From Chthonomonadaceae bacterium (lineage in GTDB: Bacteria; Armatimonadota; Chthonomonadetes; Chthonomonadales; Chthonomonadaceae): a stretch of 64,000 bases of DNA. The notes below the pieces were generated by a model. That model was not told where the DNA came from. It searched no databases and saw only the letters and a program-made list of their open reading frames with translations. The stretch lies in NCBI GenBank assembly GCA_035650735.1, contig DASRGZ010000001.1, positions 1-64,000 on the forward strand, read 5' to 3'. The position numbers were made by a program, and so were the translations under genes. Positions 28,524 through 38,501 of the stretch are shown piece after piece (the first letter of the stretch is position 1; each line of letters starts with the position of its first letter).

Positions 28524-28975
28524 TGACCATAGCCTCCGCTTCCGTTGCCTCTGTGCCCTCGGCAGTCGTCGTGGACGCTAGCGTCGCTGTTAAGTGGCTG
28601 CTGCCCGAACCCTATTCTGCGGAAGCGCTGAAATTGTTGAGCAGCGCGACCACGCTGCACGCGCCCGATCTGCTCTTGCCGAAGGTCGGCAATATTCTGT
28701 GGAAGCGCGTGCGCGGCGGAGAGATCACGGTCCAGAAGGCCCGGCAACTGCTGGAATGGCTGGCGACGCTGCCGATCCAACTATATCCTTCGCTGCCGCT
28801 GATGCTGGCTGCCATAGAGATCGCCTGCCAGTACGACCGCACCGTCTACGATAGCCTCTATCTCGCCCTAGCCGTGCAGGAGAAGACCCTTCTCGTCACC
28901 GCCGATGCAAAGCTCCTCAACGCGCTTTCCGGCACTCCGCTGGCTGCCTCCCTCCTGCTGGTGCAGGCCCTCTAA
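28523..28975 (+). CDS. vapC: VapC PIN-domain toxin (conserved Glu replaced by Lys)
   Basis: VVDASVAVKW, APDLLLPK(normally E)VGN-LWK, TVYDSLYLALA, LVTAD. Confidence 0.9.
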   Translation: MTIASASVASVPSAVVVDASVAVKWLLPEPYSAEALKLLSSATTLHAPDLLLPKVGNILWKRVRGGEITVQKARQLLEWLATLPIQLYPSLPLMLAAIEIACQYDRTVYDSLYLALAVQEKTLLVTADAKLLNALSGTPLAASLLLVQAL

Positions 28976-29289
28976 CCAAGCCGCGCGCCAGATGCCGTGT
29001 CCGTCACGCCGCCCAGAGCGCCGCCCCAATCGCCCTCAAAGAGGCCGCTGTTCAGGAATCTGTGCAGGGTGTCATAGCGCCCCGGATAATCTCCGGCGTC
29101 TGCACGCCGGGTTCTCTCGCTGGACCAGGCCATCGCGTATGCGCTGGAGGAGGGGCAAGGACGACAAGACACCACAACAGACAGAAGTTGCTTATATTGG
29201 CACGATTCTTGCAATCATTCTCTGAAAAACAGGTCCCCCTTACTCCCAGCAAACCCATTTGCTGCGGCGATCAAAAACGGGAGATAATC

Positions 29290-30273
29290 ATGCCAGGGAT
29301 GAATGAAGCGCAGATAAAGGCGGCATTGGCCGCAGCCAAAGGGTTGGATGCCGCCAGGGAGGCGCGTCGCAATTTAGATCTCCGCCAGGCCAACCTTTCC
29401 CAGCGTTTGCCCATACGGGCCAATCGGCGCGCCGTCGGCAATCTGCTGACCCCCTTGTTGACGAAGGCCGGTCTTGAGCTTGACGAATTTGAAAAGATTC
29501 GGGCGCACAATCAAGCCGAGTTACGCCGTCTTTTGGAACAGCAAAAGGCGGAGGCCATCCAGCAGTCTTCCTCGGTAAAAAGGACCCTCCGTTCCGAAGT
29601 AGCCAGTCTGCACAAGCTGCTACAACAAGTGACAACTCTGGCCCCACCCGATGCCCCTCCGACCTCTCAACCCTTCTATGTCCTGTTGGAGACTCCTTTT
29701 CTCATCTGGCCCACACACGGCATTTTCCTCGATGACTCACATGTTGAGCCCGTGAATAGTTGGGCCAAAATTTCTCTCAGTTCAGGAGAATCGGCGGGTT
29801 ATGAGGAATTGGGCTTCTATTTCCTCTGGGAGAATCCAAGCGATAGGGTCGCCGTCATCAATGTGGATGCCTATATCGCGGTCAATGGATTTTGCTCGGC
29901 GGGAGCGAACGGAGGGACTTTTCCCGATGACAGACATAGCAGTTTAGTTCTTAATGTTCGTCTGAACCCCTGGCAGTGGTGGGATCAGCCGCCTACGCAA
30001 CCCATGCCGCAAGGCGATCAATCGCAACAAGTGCTGAGCCTTTACGCCTTTGCAGGGGGATGGTTTGATGTAGGCGACATCGAAGTTCAAAGCATATTCC
30101 GAGGCTATGACCTTAGCTATACTTCGTTTATCATTCCCCCGAACGGCGTGGTGGTATTTGAAACCACGCTGTCCATCTCCTACGGTAATTCGGAAGGTTT
30201 CGTTCAGGTGGACCTTGCAAGCGGCGATTTTGAGGTTTTATGTCCGGCGGTGCTGATCGCCATTTTAACTTAG
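29290..30273 (+). CDS. Hypothetical protein (helical N-terminus, aromatic beta-rich C-terminus)
   Basis: Long open frame with GGGAG RBS before ATG 29290; visibly lower GC than flanks; no recognised motif. Confidence 0.7.
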   Translation: MPGMNEAQIKAALAAAKGLDAAREARRNLDLRQANLSQRLPIRANRRAVGNLLTPLLTKAGLELDEFEKIRAHNQAELRRLLEQQKAEAIQQSSSVKRTLRSEVASLHKLLQQVTTLAPPDAPPTSQPFYVLLETPFLIWPTHGIFLDDSHVEPVNSWAKISLSSGESAGYEELGFYFLWENPSDRVAVINVDAYIAVNGFCSAGANGGTFPDDRHSSLVLNVRLNPWQWWDQPPTQPMPQGDQSQQVLSLYAFAGGWFDVGDIEVQSIFRGYDLSYTSFIIPPNGVVVFETTLSISYGNSEGFVQVDLASGDFEVLCPAVLIAILT

Positions 30274-30494
30274 AGTGCCTAACAAACCGTACTCCCTCTG
30301 CCTTGCAGGGAGAGGGCCGGGGTGAGGGGAGAGCCTGACAGCCACGTTGTGTTAGGGGTTCTTAAGTTGCCGATTGACAGCAGCGGGAATGCATAATACC
30401 GCGCCTCGCTGGTACTGTGAACAGGCCGTAGAGCTTCCTCGGTTCTACGGCCTTCTTTGAGACCCTGCGCCTCGGCCCATGCAGAGGTGGAGCG

Positions 30495-32051
30495 ATGCGG
30501 CTATCCAATCCGGTGATAAACCTCCTGAGGAAAGAGCTATGCCCACACGCCCCGCGCATCCTGATCGTCGAATGCATGCAGGAGATCTCCTCTTTCAACC
30601 CCGTTCCCTCACAGTACGAGAATTTCCACATTACGCGCGGCGTGGAGATGTTGGCGCAGGAGGGGTTGAATACCGCCATTGGCGGCGCTTTGCCGGTTCT
30701 GCGTGCCGCCGGCATGGAGCCCGTTTTCGCGATCTCCGCCCGCGCGGGATCGGCAGGGCTGCTTTCCGCCGAAGGCTGGCAACGCCTCTCGACCGAAATT
30801 CTCAACGCGGTGGCGGCGGGCGCGCAATCCGGCATCGAGGGCCTCTATTTCTCGCTACATGGCGCTATGGGCGCCGACGGGGAACTCGATCCCGAAGGCT
30901 ATCTGCTGGAGGAGACGCGCCGCATCATCGGACAACAGACCCCCATCGTCATCTCGCTGGATCTGCACGGCATCCTCACCGACCGCATGCTCCGCCAGGT
31001 GGACGGGCTGGCGATCTACCAGACCTATCCGCATGTGGATTTCGCCGACACGGGCCGGCGCGCGGCCCAATTCCTGGTGCGGCTTCTCCAGGATAGGGTG
31101 CGGCCCGTCATCGCGCGCGTGGTCATTCCCGCCCTGGTGCGCGGCGACGAGCTTATTACCAAGTCCGGCTGCTACGGCGATCTGATCCGCGAGGCCCAAC
31201 GCCTCGAGCGCGACGGCACCGCGCTCGCCGCCGGCATTATGATCGGAAACCCCTTTACCGATGTGCCGGAACTGTGCAGCCAGGTCCTCGTGGCCACCGA
31301 CGGCCAGGAAGTGACGGCGGCCCGCGAGGCGCACCGCCTGGCCGGGGAGTTCTGGGCGCAGCGCCATCGGATGCAGGGCAAACTGATCTCTCTGGAGCGG
31401 GCCATCGCCCAGGCGGCCACGATGTCGGGGCCTGTCGTCTTCACCGATGCCGCCGATGCCACCTCCTCCGGGGCCGCCGGCGACTCCAACCTCATCCTCC
31501 AGGGACTGCGCAGGCACAATTACCGCAAGCGCGTGCTGGCCCAGATCGTCGATCCGGCTGCCGCTGCCGCCGCCCACCAGGCCGGCGTCGGCGAGGTGAT
31601 CGGGGTCATGCTCGGCGGCGCGCTGGATGGCCAGCGTTTCTCGCCGATGCCGGTGCTGGCGCGGGTGCGCTTACTCTCGGACGGGCGAGCGCGCCTGGAA
31701 ACCTCTCAAGTCGGCCTGGATGCGGGGCCAACGGCAGTGCTGACCTTCGAGAATTTCACGGTCGTGGTCTTGAGCCGCACGGTGAGCCTGTTTGATCGGG
31801 CGATGTATTACTCCAACGGGCTCGATCCGCGCGACTTCGACCTGATCGTGGTCAAGTCCCCGCACACCGAATACCACATGTACGACGCCTGGGTGGAGAA
31901 GAACTTCAACATCGACCTACCCGGGGCGACCTCGGCCAATCTGCCGACGCTGGGCCACACGATCTGCGCAAGGCCGATCTTCCCGCTCGACGAGGACGTC
32001 CCCTTCGCTCCGCGCGTCCAACTCTATTCACGCGCATTCGGTGACAGATAG
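30495..32051 (+). CDS. M81-family metallopeptidase (MlrC-like)
   Basis: ECMQEISSFNP, LHGAM, DPEG-LL, SLDLHG, TYPHVD, D-AD-TSSG--GDS, IVVKS. Confidence 0.9.
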   Translation: MRLSNPVINLLRKELCPHAPRILIVECMQEISSFNPVPSQYENFHITRGVEMLAQEGLNTAIGGALPVLRAAGMEPVFAISARAGSAGLLSAEGWQRLSTEILNAVAAGAQSGIEGLYFSLHGAMGADGELDPEGYLLEETRRIIGQQTPIVISLDLHGILTDRMLRQVDGLAIYQTYPHVDFADTGRRAAQFLVRLLQDRVRPVIARVVIPALVRGDELITKSGCYGDLIREAQRLERDGTALAAGIMIGNPFTDVPELCSQVLVATDGQEVTAAREAHRLAGEFWAQRHRMQGKLISLERAIAQAATMSGPVVFTDAADATSSGAAGDSNLILQGLRRHNYRKRVLAQIVDPAAAAAAHQAGVGEVIGVMLGGALDGQRFSPMPVLARVRLLSDGRARLETSQVGLDAGPTAVLTFENFTVVVLSRTVSLFDRAMYYSNGLDPRDFDLIVVKSPHTEYHMYDAWVEKNFNIDLPGATSANLPTLGHTICARPIFPLDEDVPFAPRVQLYSRAFGDR

Positions 32052-32151
32052 AGCGTCTGCACTCAGCGTCAAGGAGAAAAGAGGAGATTTGGGAGACCGA
32101 CGAGGAGATAAGGCGGAGGGCCGGGAAGGGATAGGAAGGAGAACAGGAACC

Positions 32152-33558
32152 ATGCGGCTCGCTTTCAGCGCGCTCTCCTGCCCGGCGTGGACGCTCGTGA
32201 CGCTGACCGCTCTCGCCGGTGGTTTCTGCGTCGTTTCCGCACCGGCCCCGGCCCAGAGCAAAGGCGGCAAACCTGCCTACCCACTGAAGCAAAGCGCCAA
32301 CCGGCGCTATCTGGTGGATCAGAAGAATGTTCCGTTCCTGATCGCCGGCGATTCCCCTCAAGCCCTTATGGTTAACCTCTCCGAAGCCGACGCGGACCTC
32401 TACTTCGCCAATCGCAAGTCCCACGGCTTTAACACCGTCTGGATCAATCTCCTTTGCAGGCCGGGAACCGGGGGCCGCAAAGACGGGAGCACGTATGATG
32501 GGATTCGCCCCTTCACCGTGCCAGACGATCTCTCCGCGCCCAACGAAGCCTATTTTGCCCGCTGTGATCGGATGATACGCCTGGCCGCCAAATACGGCCT
32601 GATGGTTCTCCTCGACCCCTGTGAGACGATTGACCACCTCCGCCTGATGCTTCAAAATGGTGTCGCTAAATGCCGCGCCTTCGGGCAGTATCTGGGGAGG
32701 CGCTACCGGAAGTTTGACAATATCCTCTGGATGAGCGGCAATGACTTTCAGAACTGGCGGGACGCGAAGAACGATGCGGTGGTAACCGCATTGGCCCTGG
32801 GAATTCAGGATAGGGACCGGCGCCATCTCCACACGGTGGAGTTGAATTACCATCTCAGCAGTTCCCTGGACGACCCCAACTGGGTGCCCATCATTGGCCT
32901 GAACGCCGCGTATACCTACTATCCCACCTACGCCGAGATTCTCAAGGACTACAATCGTCCCAACGTCCAGCCCGTTTTCCTGGTCGAGTCCGACTACGAG
33001 TTCGAGCAGGGAAGCACTCCGATCATCCTGCGGCGTCAGGAGTACTGGACGCTGCTGAGCGGCGCGACGGGACAGATGTACGGCAACGGCTCCATCTGGC
33101 CGTTCAAGCCGGACTGGAAAAGCAAGCTGGATACTCCGGGTACGATCCAGATGCAGTACGTAAAGGCGCTCTTCGAGCTGCGCGCCTGGTACGATCTCGT
33201 GCCGGATCAGAATCACACGGTCGTGACCGCCGGATACGGCACGTTCGATGCCTCTACGACCGACGCAAATCGCAAGGTGATGGCAAGCGATTATGTGACG
33301 GCAGGACGCACGCCGGACGGGAGCCTGGTGATGGCCTACATGCCGACACGGCGCTCCCTGACGGTAGAAATGACGAAGCTGCGCGGCCCGACGACGGCGC
33401 GCTGGTACGATCCGAGCCGGGGCGTCTATTTTCCCATTGCGGGGTCTCCGTTCGCGAATGCAGGCACGCGCGTCTTTACGCCGCCGAACACGAAGGGCGA
33501 TGAAGACGGAGATTGGGTTCTGGTGCTGGAGGCAGGCTCTCCGCGCCAGAATCAGTGA
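32152..33558 (+). CDS. DUF4038 / GH140-like apiosidase-family glycoside hydrolase with C-terminal collagen-binding-like domain
   Basis: Signal peptide; S-N-RYLVDQ--VPF--AGDS, PNEAYF, YLG-RY--F-NI-W-SGND, P-FL-ES-YE, WYDP--G, DWVLVL. Confidence 0.85.
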   Translation: MRLAFSALSCPAWTLVTLTALAGGFCVVSAPAPAQSKGGKPAYPLKQSANRRYLVDQKNVPFLIAGDSPQALMVNLSEADADLYFANRKSHGFNTVWINLLCRPGTGGRKDGSTYDGIRPFTVPDDLSAPNEAYFARCDRMIRLAAKYGLMVLLDPCETIDHLRLMLQNGVAKCRAFGQYLGRRYRKFDNILWMSGNDFQNWRDAKNDAVVTALALGIQDRDRRHLHTVELNYHLSSSLDDPNWVPIIGLNAAYTYYPTYAEILKDYNRPNVQPVFLVESDYEFEQGSTPIILRRQEYWTLLSGATGQMYGNGSIWPFKPDWKSKLDTPGTIQMQYVKALFELRAWYDLVPDQNHTVVTAGYGTFDASTTDANRKVMASDYVTAGRTPDGSLVMAYMPTRRSLTVEMTKLRGPTTARWYDPSRGVYFPIAGSPFANAGTRVFTPPNTKGDEDGDWVLVLEAGSPRQNQ

Positions 33559-33578
33559 GCTTATCTAAGGGGGTTCTT

Positions 33579-34403
33579 ATGCAATTGACCGAACCGCAAG
33601 TACGCTTCTTTCGCACCTTCGGCTATCTAATGTTGCCCGCTCTGTTCTCTCCGGAGGAGATGGCCTGGATCACCGAAGAGTTTGAGATGGCCATTCAGAC
33701 CTACGGCGGCGGCAAGCAGCATGACGGTTCCGCCCGCACCATGTTTGGCGGGCCGATTGAGCGCACCGAGAAGCTCTGTTCGTTGTTGGACGATGCGCGC
33801 ATTCTGGGCCTGCTCGGTGGGATATTGGGGGAGGATTTCAACTATTGCAGCGGGGATGGCAACTACTATACCGGTGATACCGGCTGGCATCCAGACGGCA
33901 ACTGGGGACAGCTTTTCGCTGTGAAGGTCGCCTTCTACCTGGATCCGCTCACGCGCGATACCGGCTGTCTGCGCGTTCTGCCCGGCAGCCACGACCCGGA
34001 ACATTTCGTCCGCAAGCAGGCGATTGATATGAACCGCTCGCTCGAGCTCTTTGGCGTTGCGCCCCGCGATTTTCCCGGCAGCGTGGCGTTGGAGACCAAT
34101 CCGGGCGACATGGTGGTATTTAACCACGACACCTATCACTCGGCCTGGGGAGGCGGCTCGCGGCGACGGATGTTCACGATGAACTGTATTCGGCATTGCC
34201 ATACCCAAGAAGAGATGATCCTGGGTCGTCGGTATCTGAGCATCCATTCGCCGGGCGGCTACAAGGTGGCGACGGGGGCAGGCATGTTTTTCCCCCTGAT
34301 GCTAGACACCGCCGATGCCGGACGCATGAAGCATCTGGCGCAGCCTGCTCAGATTCATGACGAGCTCTTCCCCGAGTTCGCCCGCTCAGTCTCCGGGCGG
34401 TAG
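33579..34403 (+). CDS. Phytanoyl-CoA dioxygenase (PhyH) family Fe/2-OG dioxygenase
   Basis: LT--Q--FF-TFGYL, WHPD, YLDP----GCLRVLPGSH, PGD-VVF-H---H. Confidence 0.88.
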   Translation: MQLTEPQVRFFRTFGYLMLPALFSPEEMAWITEEFEMAIQTYGGGKQHDGSARTMFGGPIERTEKLCSLLDDARILGLLGGILGEDFNYCSGDGNYYTGDTGWHPDGNWGQLFAVKVAFYLDPLTRDTGCLRVLPGSHDPEHFVRKQAIDMNRSLELFGVAPRDFPGSVALETNPGDMVVFNHDTYHSAWGGGSRRRMFTMNCIRHCHTQEEMILGRRYLSIHSPGGYKVATGAGMFFPLMLDTADAGRMKHLAQPAQIHDELFPEFARSVSGR

Positions 34404-34667
34404 GACAGCCGCGCGCTGATCACAAGAAGCGAAGGGCCAGGACATCGAGAATTCGTCCTGACCCTTGACTTACCTATTGGGCTGCGTGCCAGGTCGAATC
34501 CGGATGGTACCGGGGTATCGCTCTGGCGCGTTGGGCTGTGTTCGGGCCGAGGTCCTTTGCGTACACAACGCCGTGTCCGGCCAGGAGCATGAGGCGTGTA
34601 GGCCAGGCCCCAAAAGAAACCAGTCTTGAGAGGGCAGCAAAGAGATCGCGGCGGGGTAGGGCCAGGC

Positions 34668-34880
34668 TTATCGTTTATGGTGGGCGGACCGCCAGATATT
34701 CTCCAGCAGGACCACGATGACACCGAGGAATAAAAGCGGTGCGTGCCAGGCCGCGCCGCCGGGCCAGCGGGGAATGACGAACGCCAGCACGCCGATCCAG
34801 AGCAGCAGAATCACTGCCAGGCTTCCGTCCTCCACAAAGAGACCATAAACTTCCTGTAAAACCGTCCAGATCGCTTTCAT
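34668..34880 (-). CDS. Small membrane protein
   Basis: MKAIWTVLQEVYGLFVEDGSLA plus 2 TM helices; ATGA overlap with the upstream gene. Confidence 0.72.
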   Translation of the reverse strand: MKAIWTVLQEVYGLFVEDGSLAVILLLWIGVLAFVIPRWPGGAAWHAPLLFLGVIVVLLENIWRSAHHKR

Positions 34881-35659
34881 GGCCTCTCTCCTTGCTCTGC
34901 CATCGGTGCGGCATTGCTTATCGGCGCGACGGCCCGACGCGCCAGCGACACGCCCAACAAAGAGACCAGCAGAAAACCTGCCGCCAGGCCGAACAGCGAA
35001 AGATCTTCTCCGGGCCAGCTGACGTGCAGCCCCTCCCCGATCCAGAAGACGCCGAAAGAGGAGAGCAGAACTCCCACGGCGAACTTGAGCGTGTTTTCCG
35101 GCACACGCACCAGGGGCCGATGCAACAAGAGTCCCAGGAGGATCACTACGATGCCCGCTGCCGCCGCGCCCAGGCCGGCGGGCAGCAGCATCTTCCCGGT
35201 CGCCCCAACCGCGATCACGATGAAGACCACTTCCAGCCCTTCCAGCACGACTGCCTTGAACGTGGTCGCCACCGCCACCCAGTCCAGCCGGGCTGCCTGT
35301 CCCCCTGCCTCCTGGCGTAACTCCGCCGTCTCCCTGGCGAAGATGGCTGCTTCGTCGTGAAAGCCGATGATATGAGCTGCCCTCAAAATCGCCTTGCGGA
35401 GCCAGCGGATCCCGAACAGGAGCAACAGAATGCCTACCACCAGTTGGAGTGTGGTGATAGGTATCCTTTGCAGGGTCGGACCGAAGAGGAGCACCAGCAC
35501 CACCAGCAGTCCTGTCCCGGCAAATGTCCCGATCAACGCGGGCCGCCATCCACGCACCGTGCCGACGGCCAGCACGATTGTCAGCGCCTCCACAAACTCC
35601 ACCAAAGAGGCCAAAAAAGAAGCGAGTACGGAGGTCCCTATATGCGACCAGGTTTCCAA
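34877..35659 (-). CDS. COG4280 / FTR1-like membrane protein
   Basis: FLASLVEFVEALTIVLAVG, FG-RWLRKAILR, FKAV-LEGLEVVFIVIA, RVPENTLKF-VG; TTG start with GGAGG RBS. Confidence 0.85.
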   Translation of the reverse strand: METWSHIGTSVLASFLASLVEFVEALTIVLAVGTVRGWRPALIGTFAGTGLLVVLVLLFGPTLQRIPITTLQLVVGILLLLFGIRWLRKAILRAAHIIGFHDEAAIFARETAELRQEAGGQAARLDWVAVATTFKAVVLEGLEVVFIVIAVGATGKMLLPAGLGAAAAGIVVILLGLLLHRPLVRVPENTLKFAVGVLLSSFGVFWIGEGLHVSWPGEDLSLFGLAAGFLLVSLLGVSLARRAVAPISNAAPMAEQGERP

Positions 35660-35684
35660 AGTTTTTTCCTCCCATTACATTAAG

Positions 35685-35766
35685 GGTAATCCCTCCCAAC
35701 GGTGTGGACGTATCTCCTCAGCAGCAGGCTGCGTGAGATTGATCCACACGGCTGGGAGTGTCTACC
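35685..35766. mobile_element. MITE copy B (82 bp) with 8-bp TSD ACATTAAG
   Basis: GGTAATCCCTCCCAACGGTGTGGA...TCCACACGGCTGGGAGTGTCTACC; TSD at 35677-35684 and 35767-35774. Confidence 0.92.
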
Positions 35767-35786
35767 ACATTAAGCCGCGTGCGACA

Positions 35787-35990
35787 CTAATCAACATCGG
35801 CAATGCATCGGACCGAGCCATTGGTCGCTTGGGTCTGCCAGTTGTCGCAATCCAGGCGTCTACAGTGCCACATACGCCGCCGGGAGCCGTCCGCCATCTC
35901 CACGGTGACAACCGCAGCGAATGGGCAAGAAAGACAGAGCGACGGTTCGAGAAGATTCACTGTCTGGGGCTTAGTATCCTCGTTTGACAT
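35787..35990 (-). CDS. Small Cys-rich hypothetical protein (possible metal binding)
   Basis: CLSC ... HCRRLDCDNW; purine-rich AAAGGAAAGG RBS. Confidence 0.6.
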   Translation of the reverse strand: MSNEDTKPQTVNLLEPSLCLSCPFAAVVTVEMADGSRRRMWHCRRLDCDNWQTQATNGSVRCIADVD

Positions 35991-36439
35991 AGCTTACTAC
36001 CTTTCCTTTCTCCCGCACGGGCTGCCCCGCAGCAACTACAAGCCATCCTCACCCGCGTTGTGCCCTATTATCACGCGCAAAACCGTTCTTGCCATCTGCC
36101 CAGAGTCCGGAGGTTTTGCCGGGAAAAAGGCGAGGCATCGCCCCGCCTTGCTAAGGTGGCCGCACCTAAACCTGGGGTTAGGCGCCATTCCGATCTGTTT
36201 GCTGGCAGGAACTCTGTTCTCCGGCAGAGCCACTCCAGACCACTTTTCCGCTAAACTGGGAACCGTCAGGCGGCGTGCATGGACTCGCGCCGCGAGGCAA
36301 AAACCAAGCAGGAGGTACAGACGCACGCAGGCGCGGCTCCCGCCGCCGGAGCGTCATGACGGAAAACGCGGCGGGCAAAGGGCCGTTGCCCCGGTCCTTC
36401 TCAGGCGACCATTGACAACGGCCCTTTGCTCGGAGTATC

Positions 36440-36624
36440 AGGTTATGGGAACAGGGAGCGACGACGGCCCTGGCTTTCCTGCCGACCTTGATCCCGATCA
36501 GTCCGGCAGTACCGGGCTGCACCTGATCACCAGCCTGGTCGGGTGGGATCTGAGCGGATAGGTGCGCTTCGAGAACCGTCCGGATCGGCAAGGCGGTCGC
36601 GTGATCGTCACTTTCCCGCTCTAA
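36440..36624 (+). pseudogene. Histidine kinase HATPase_c C-terminal remnant
   Basis: SDDGPGFP-D-D----STGL-LI-SLV-WDLSG*(TAG 36559)VRFENR---GG-VIVTFPL*. Confidence 0.7.
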
Positions 36625-36631
36625 TGGGAGT

Positions 36632-37284
36632 TCAGGCTAACTGCACCAGACCGCGCTTGAGCGCCGCCAGCACCGCCTGGGTACGGTCCTGGGCCTCCAG
36701 CTTGCTCAGCAGTCGGTTGACATGGAACTTGACGGCGGCTTCCGTGATGAACAGCGCCGCCGCTATCTCCTGGTTGCTCTTGTCCTGGGCCAGCTCCCGC
36801 AGCACCTCCAATTCCCGCTCGGTCGGTTCCCCTGCCGCGACCCGCTCCGCCAGCTTGGCCCCGATCTCCGGAGGCGCCGCCTTGCACCCGGCCTGCACCC
36901 TCCGAATCGCCTCCAGCAGCGTCTGGGGCGAGGCGTCTTTGAGGAGGTAGCCCATCGCTCCCGCCTGCATCCCCCGGTAGATGTCCTCATCCGTGTCAAA
37001 GCTGGTCCAAAGGATCACCCGCCCCCGGAACTGGGCCCGGATGGCTTTGAGGACGGCGACCCCGTCCAGGTCGGGCATGCGCACATCCATCAGGACGACG
37101 TCAGGGCGATGCCGCCGATAAGCTCCACCGCCTCCCGGCCATTGGTGGCCTCGGCCACCACGCTAAATCCGGGATGCCGCTCGACCAGGGCAATCAGGCC
37201 TTGGGGCAGCAGCGGGTGATCATCCACCACCAGCAGGCGGATCGTGTTGCTCTGTGCGGTCGGCTCGGCCTGCTGGTCTTCTAT
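36632..37284 (-). pseudogene. Frameshifted NarL/LuxR-family response regulator
   Basis: IRLLVVDDHP...[14 protein letters not shown] in one frame; [10 protein letters not shown]...T-RE-EVL...SNQEIA--L-I---VK-HV...DRTQAV in another; frameshift near 37090-37120. Confidence 0.82.
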
Positions 37285-37310
37285 CGAAGCGCCAACGGCT
37301 CTAGAAGCCT

Positions 37311-38501
37311 TCAAGCTCCCACGTGGCCGATGCCGATGCCGATCAGGTAGGTTACGATGCCCTCGACCGCTCCCACGATGGTCATCTCCCAACCGCTGCT
37401 CCACCACGACCGCACCGTCACCAGGCTCTTCGCAGCGCCTACCGCGAAGTGCGCCGCCAGCGACACAATCGCTGCCGCGATCACGGCCGGATAGCCGCTC
37501 ATGAAGAAGAAGGGCAGGACCGGGATGAAGGCGCCCACCGCCGTCGAAAGGGAGCCGGTGACCGCCGAGGTGATAGGGTTGCTCAGCGCATCTTCCGTCA
37601 GATTGAGCTTCTCGGCAGCCATCGTTTTCAGAAACTGCGCCGGATCGGCCGCCAGGTACTCGGCGATCTTCTGCGCGTCCTCCTCCGGCACGCCCTTGAG
37701 CTGGTAGAAGATGGCCAGCTCCTCTTTGGCCTCCTGCGGCTGGGCCTCCAGCGCCGCGCGCTCGCGCTGCAATTCGGCCTCGTATATCTCGCGCTCGCTC
37801 TTGGCCGCCAGGTAGGCGCCGGAACCCATGGATAGGGCGCTCGCGATCATCCCCGCCACGCCCGCCAGCAGCACCAACTTGCTGTTGCCCAGGGTTGCGC
37901 CGGAGACCCCGCTGACGATACCGAAGATGGCGCCCAGGCCGTCGTTGACCCCGTAGATGGCATCGCCGATCCAGCTTCCCGTTCCCTGGCGCTGGCGGCG
38001 CGTCAGGTAGTCCAGGACTGAGCGGGGACTGCTCTCGGTATAGAGACGCCGCAGGGTGTGCGCGTGCGCGAACTCGTCCAGGATGACCTCGCGCAGGATG
38101 GCCCGCGTCTCCTCGTCCTGGATCTGGCGCAGCTGTCGGAGGTAGGTGGCCACGTCGCGGCGCTCCTCCTCCTCGATGGCCAGGATGATCTGCTGCATAC
38201 CGCCGGGCGTGTCGGCGATGCGGACCGCATGGGCCTTGCCGCTGTGCGTGGTGGGCACCTCCGCACCCAGGTCGCGCAGCCTCTTAGCCCACTGCTCGGC
38301 GTGCTTGCGCTCTACTTCCGCGAGCTTCTGGAAGATGGTCCTGCGTTCCGGGATCTTCTCCCGGTCGGCCAGCGTGCCGTACATGGCGACCCCATCCATC
38401 TCCAGGGCCCAGTCGCGCTTGATGGTCTCGATGAGGCGGTCTCTGCTGATCGCGCCATCACCGTCCTGCCGGTTCTGTGCGGCCTTTGTTGTCTCTGTCA
38501 T
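37311..38501 (-). CDS. Ferritin/rubrerythrin-like domain fused to a VIT1/CCC1 transporter
   Basis: E-DG--MY, LA-VE-KH, DE--H di-iron motifs; DAIYGVNDGL, AG-AG-IASALSMG-GAYLA-KSE, VGAFIPVLPF. Confidence 0.9.
   Translation of the reverse strand: MTETTKAAQNRQDGDGAISRDRLIETIKRDWALEMDGVAMYGTLADREKIPERRTIFQKLAEVERKHAEQWAKRLRDLGAEVPTTHSGKAHAVRIADTPGGMQQIILAIEEEERRDVATYLRQLRQIQDEETRAILREVILDEFAHAHTLRRLYTESSPRSVLDYLTRRQRQGTGSWIGDAIYGVNDGLGAIFGIVSGVSGATLGNSKLVLLAGVAGMIASALSMGSGAYLAAKSEREIYEAELQRERAALEAQPQEAKEELAIFYQLKGVPEEDAQKIAEYLAADPAQFLKTMAAEKLNLTEDALSNPITSAVTGSLSTAVGAFIPVLPFFFMSGYPAVIAAAIVSLAAHFAVGAAKSLVTVRSWWSSGWEMTIVGAVEGIVTYLIGIGIGHVGA

Noticed and set aside
30539..30570. Frameshift at the start of the MlrC-like gene (out-of-frame ATG at 30539 with an RBS-like sequence)
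   Set aside because: The in-frame ATG at 30495 has its own GAGGTGGAG RBS, so no frameshift is required.
36559..36561. In-frame TAG in the kinase fragment as pyrrolysine or programmed read-through
   Set aside because: It is not at a catalytic position and the rest of the gene is missing; a nonsense mutation in a pseudogene is simpler.
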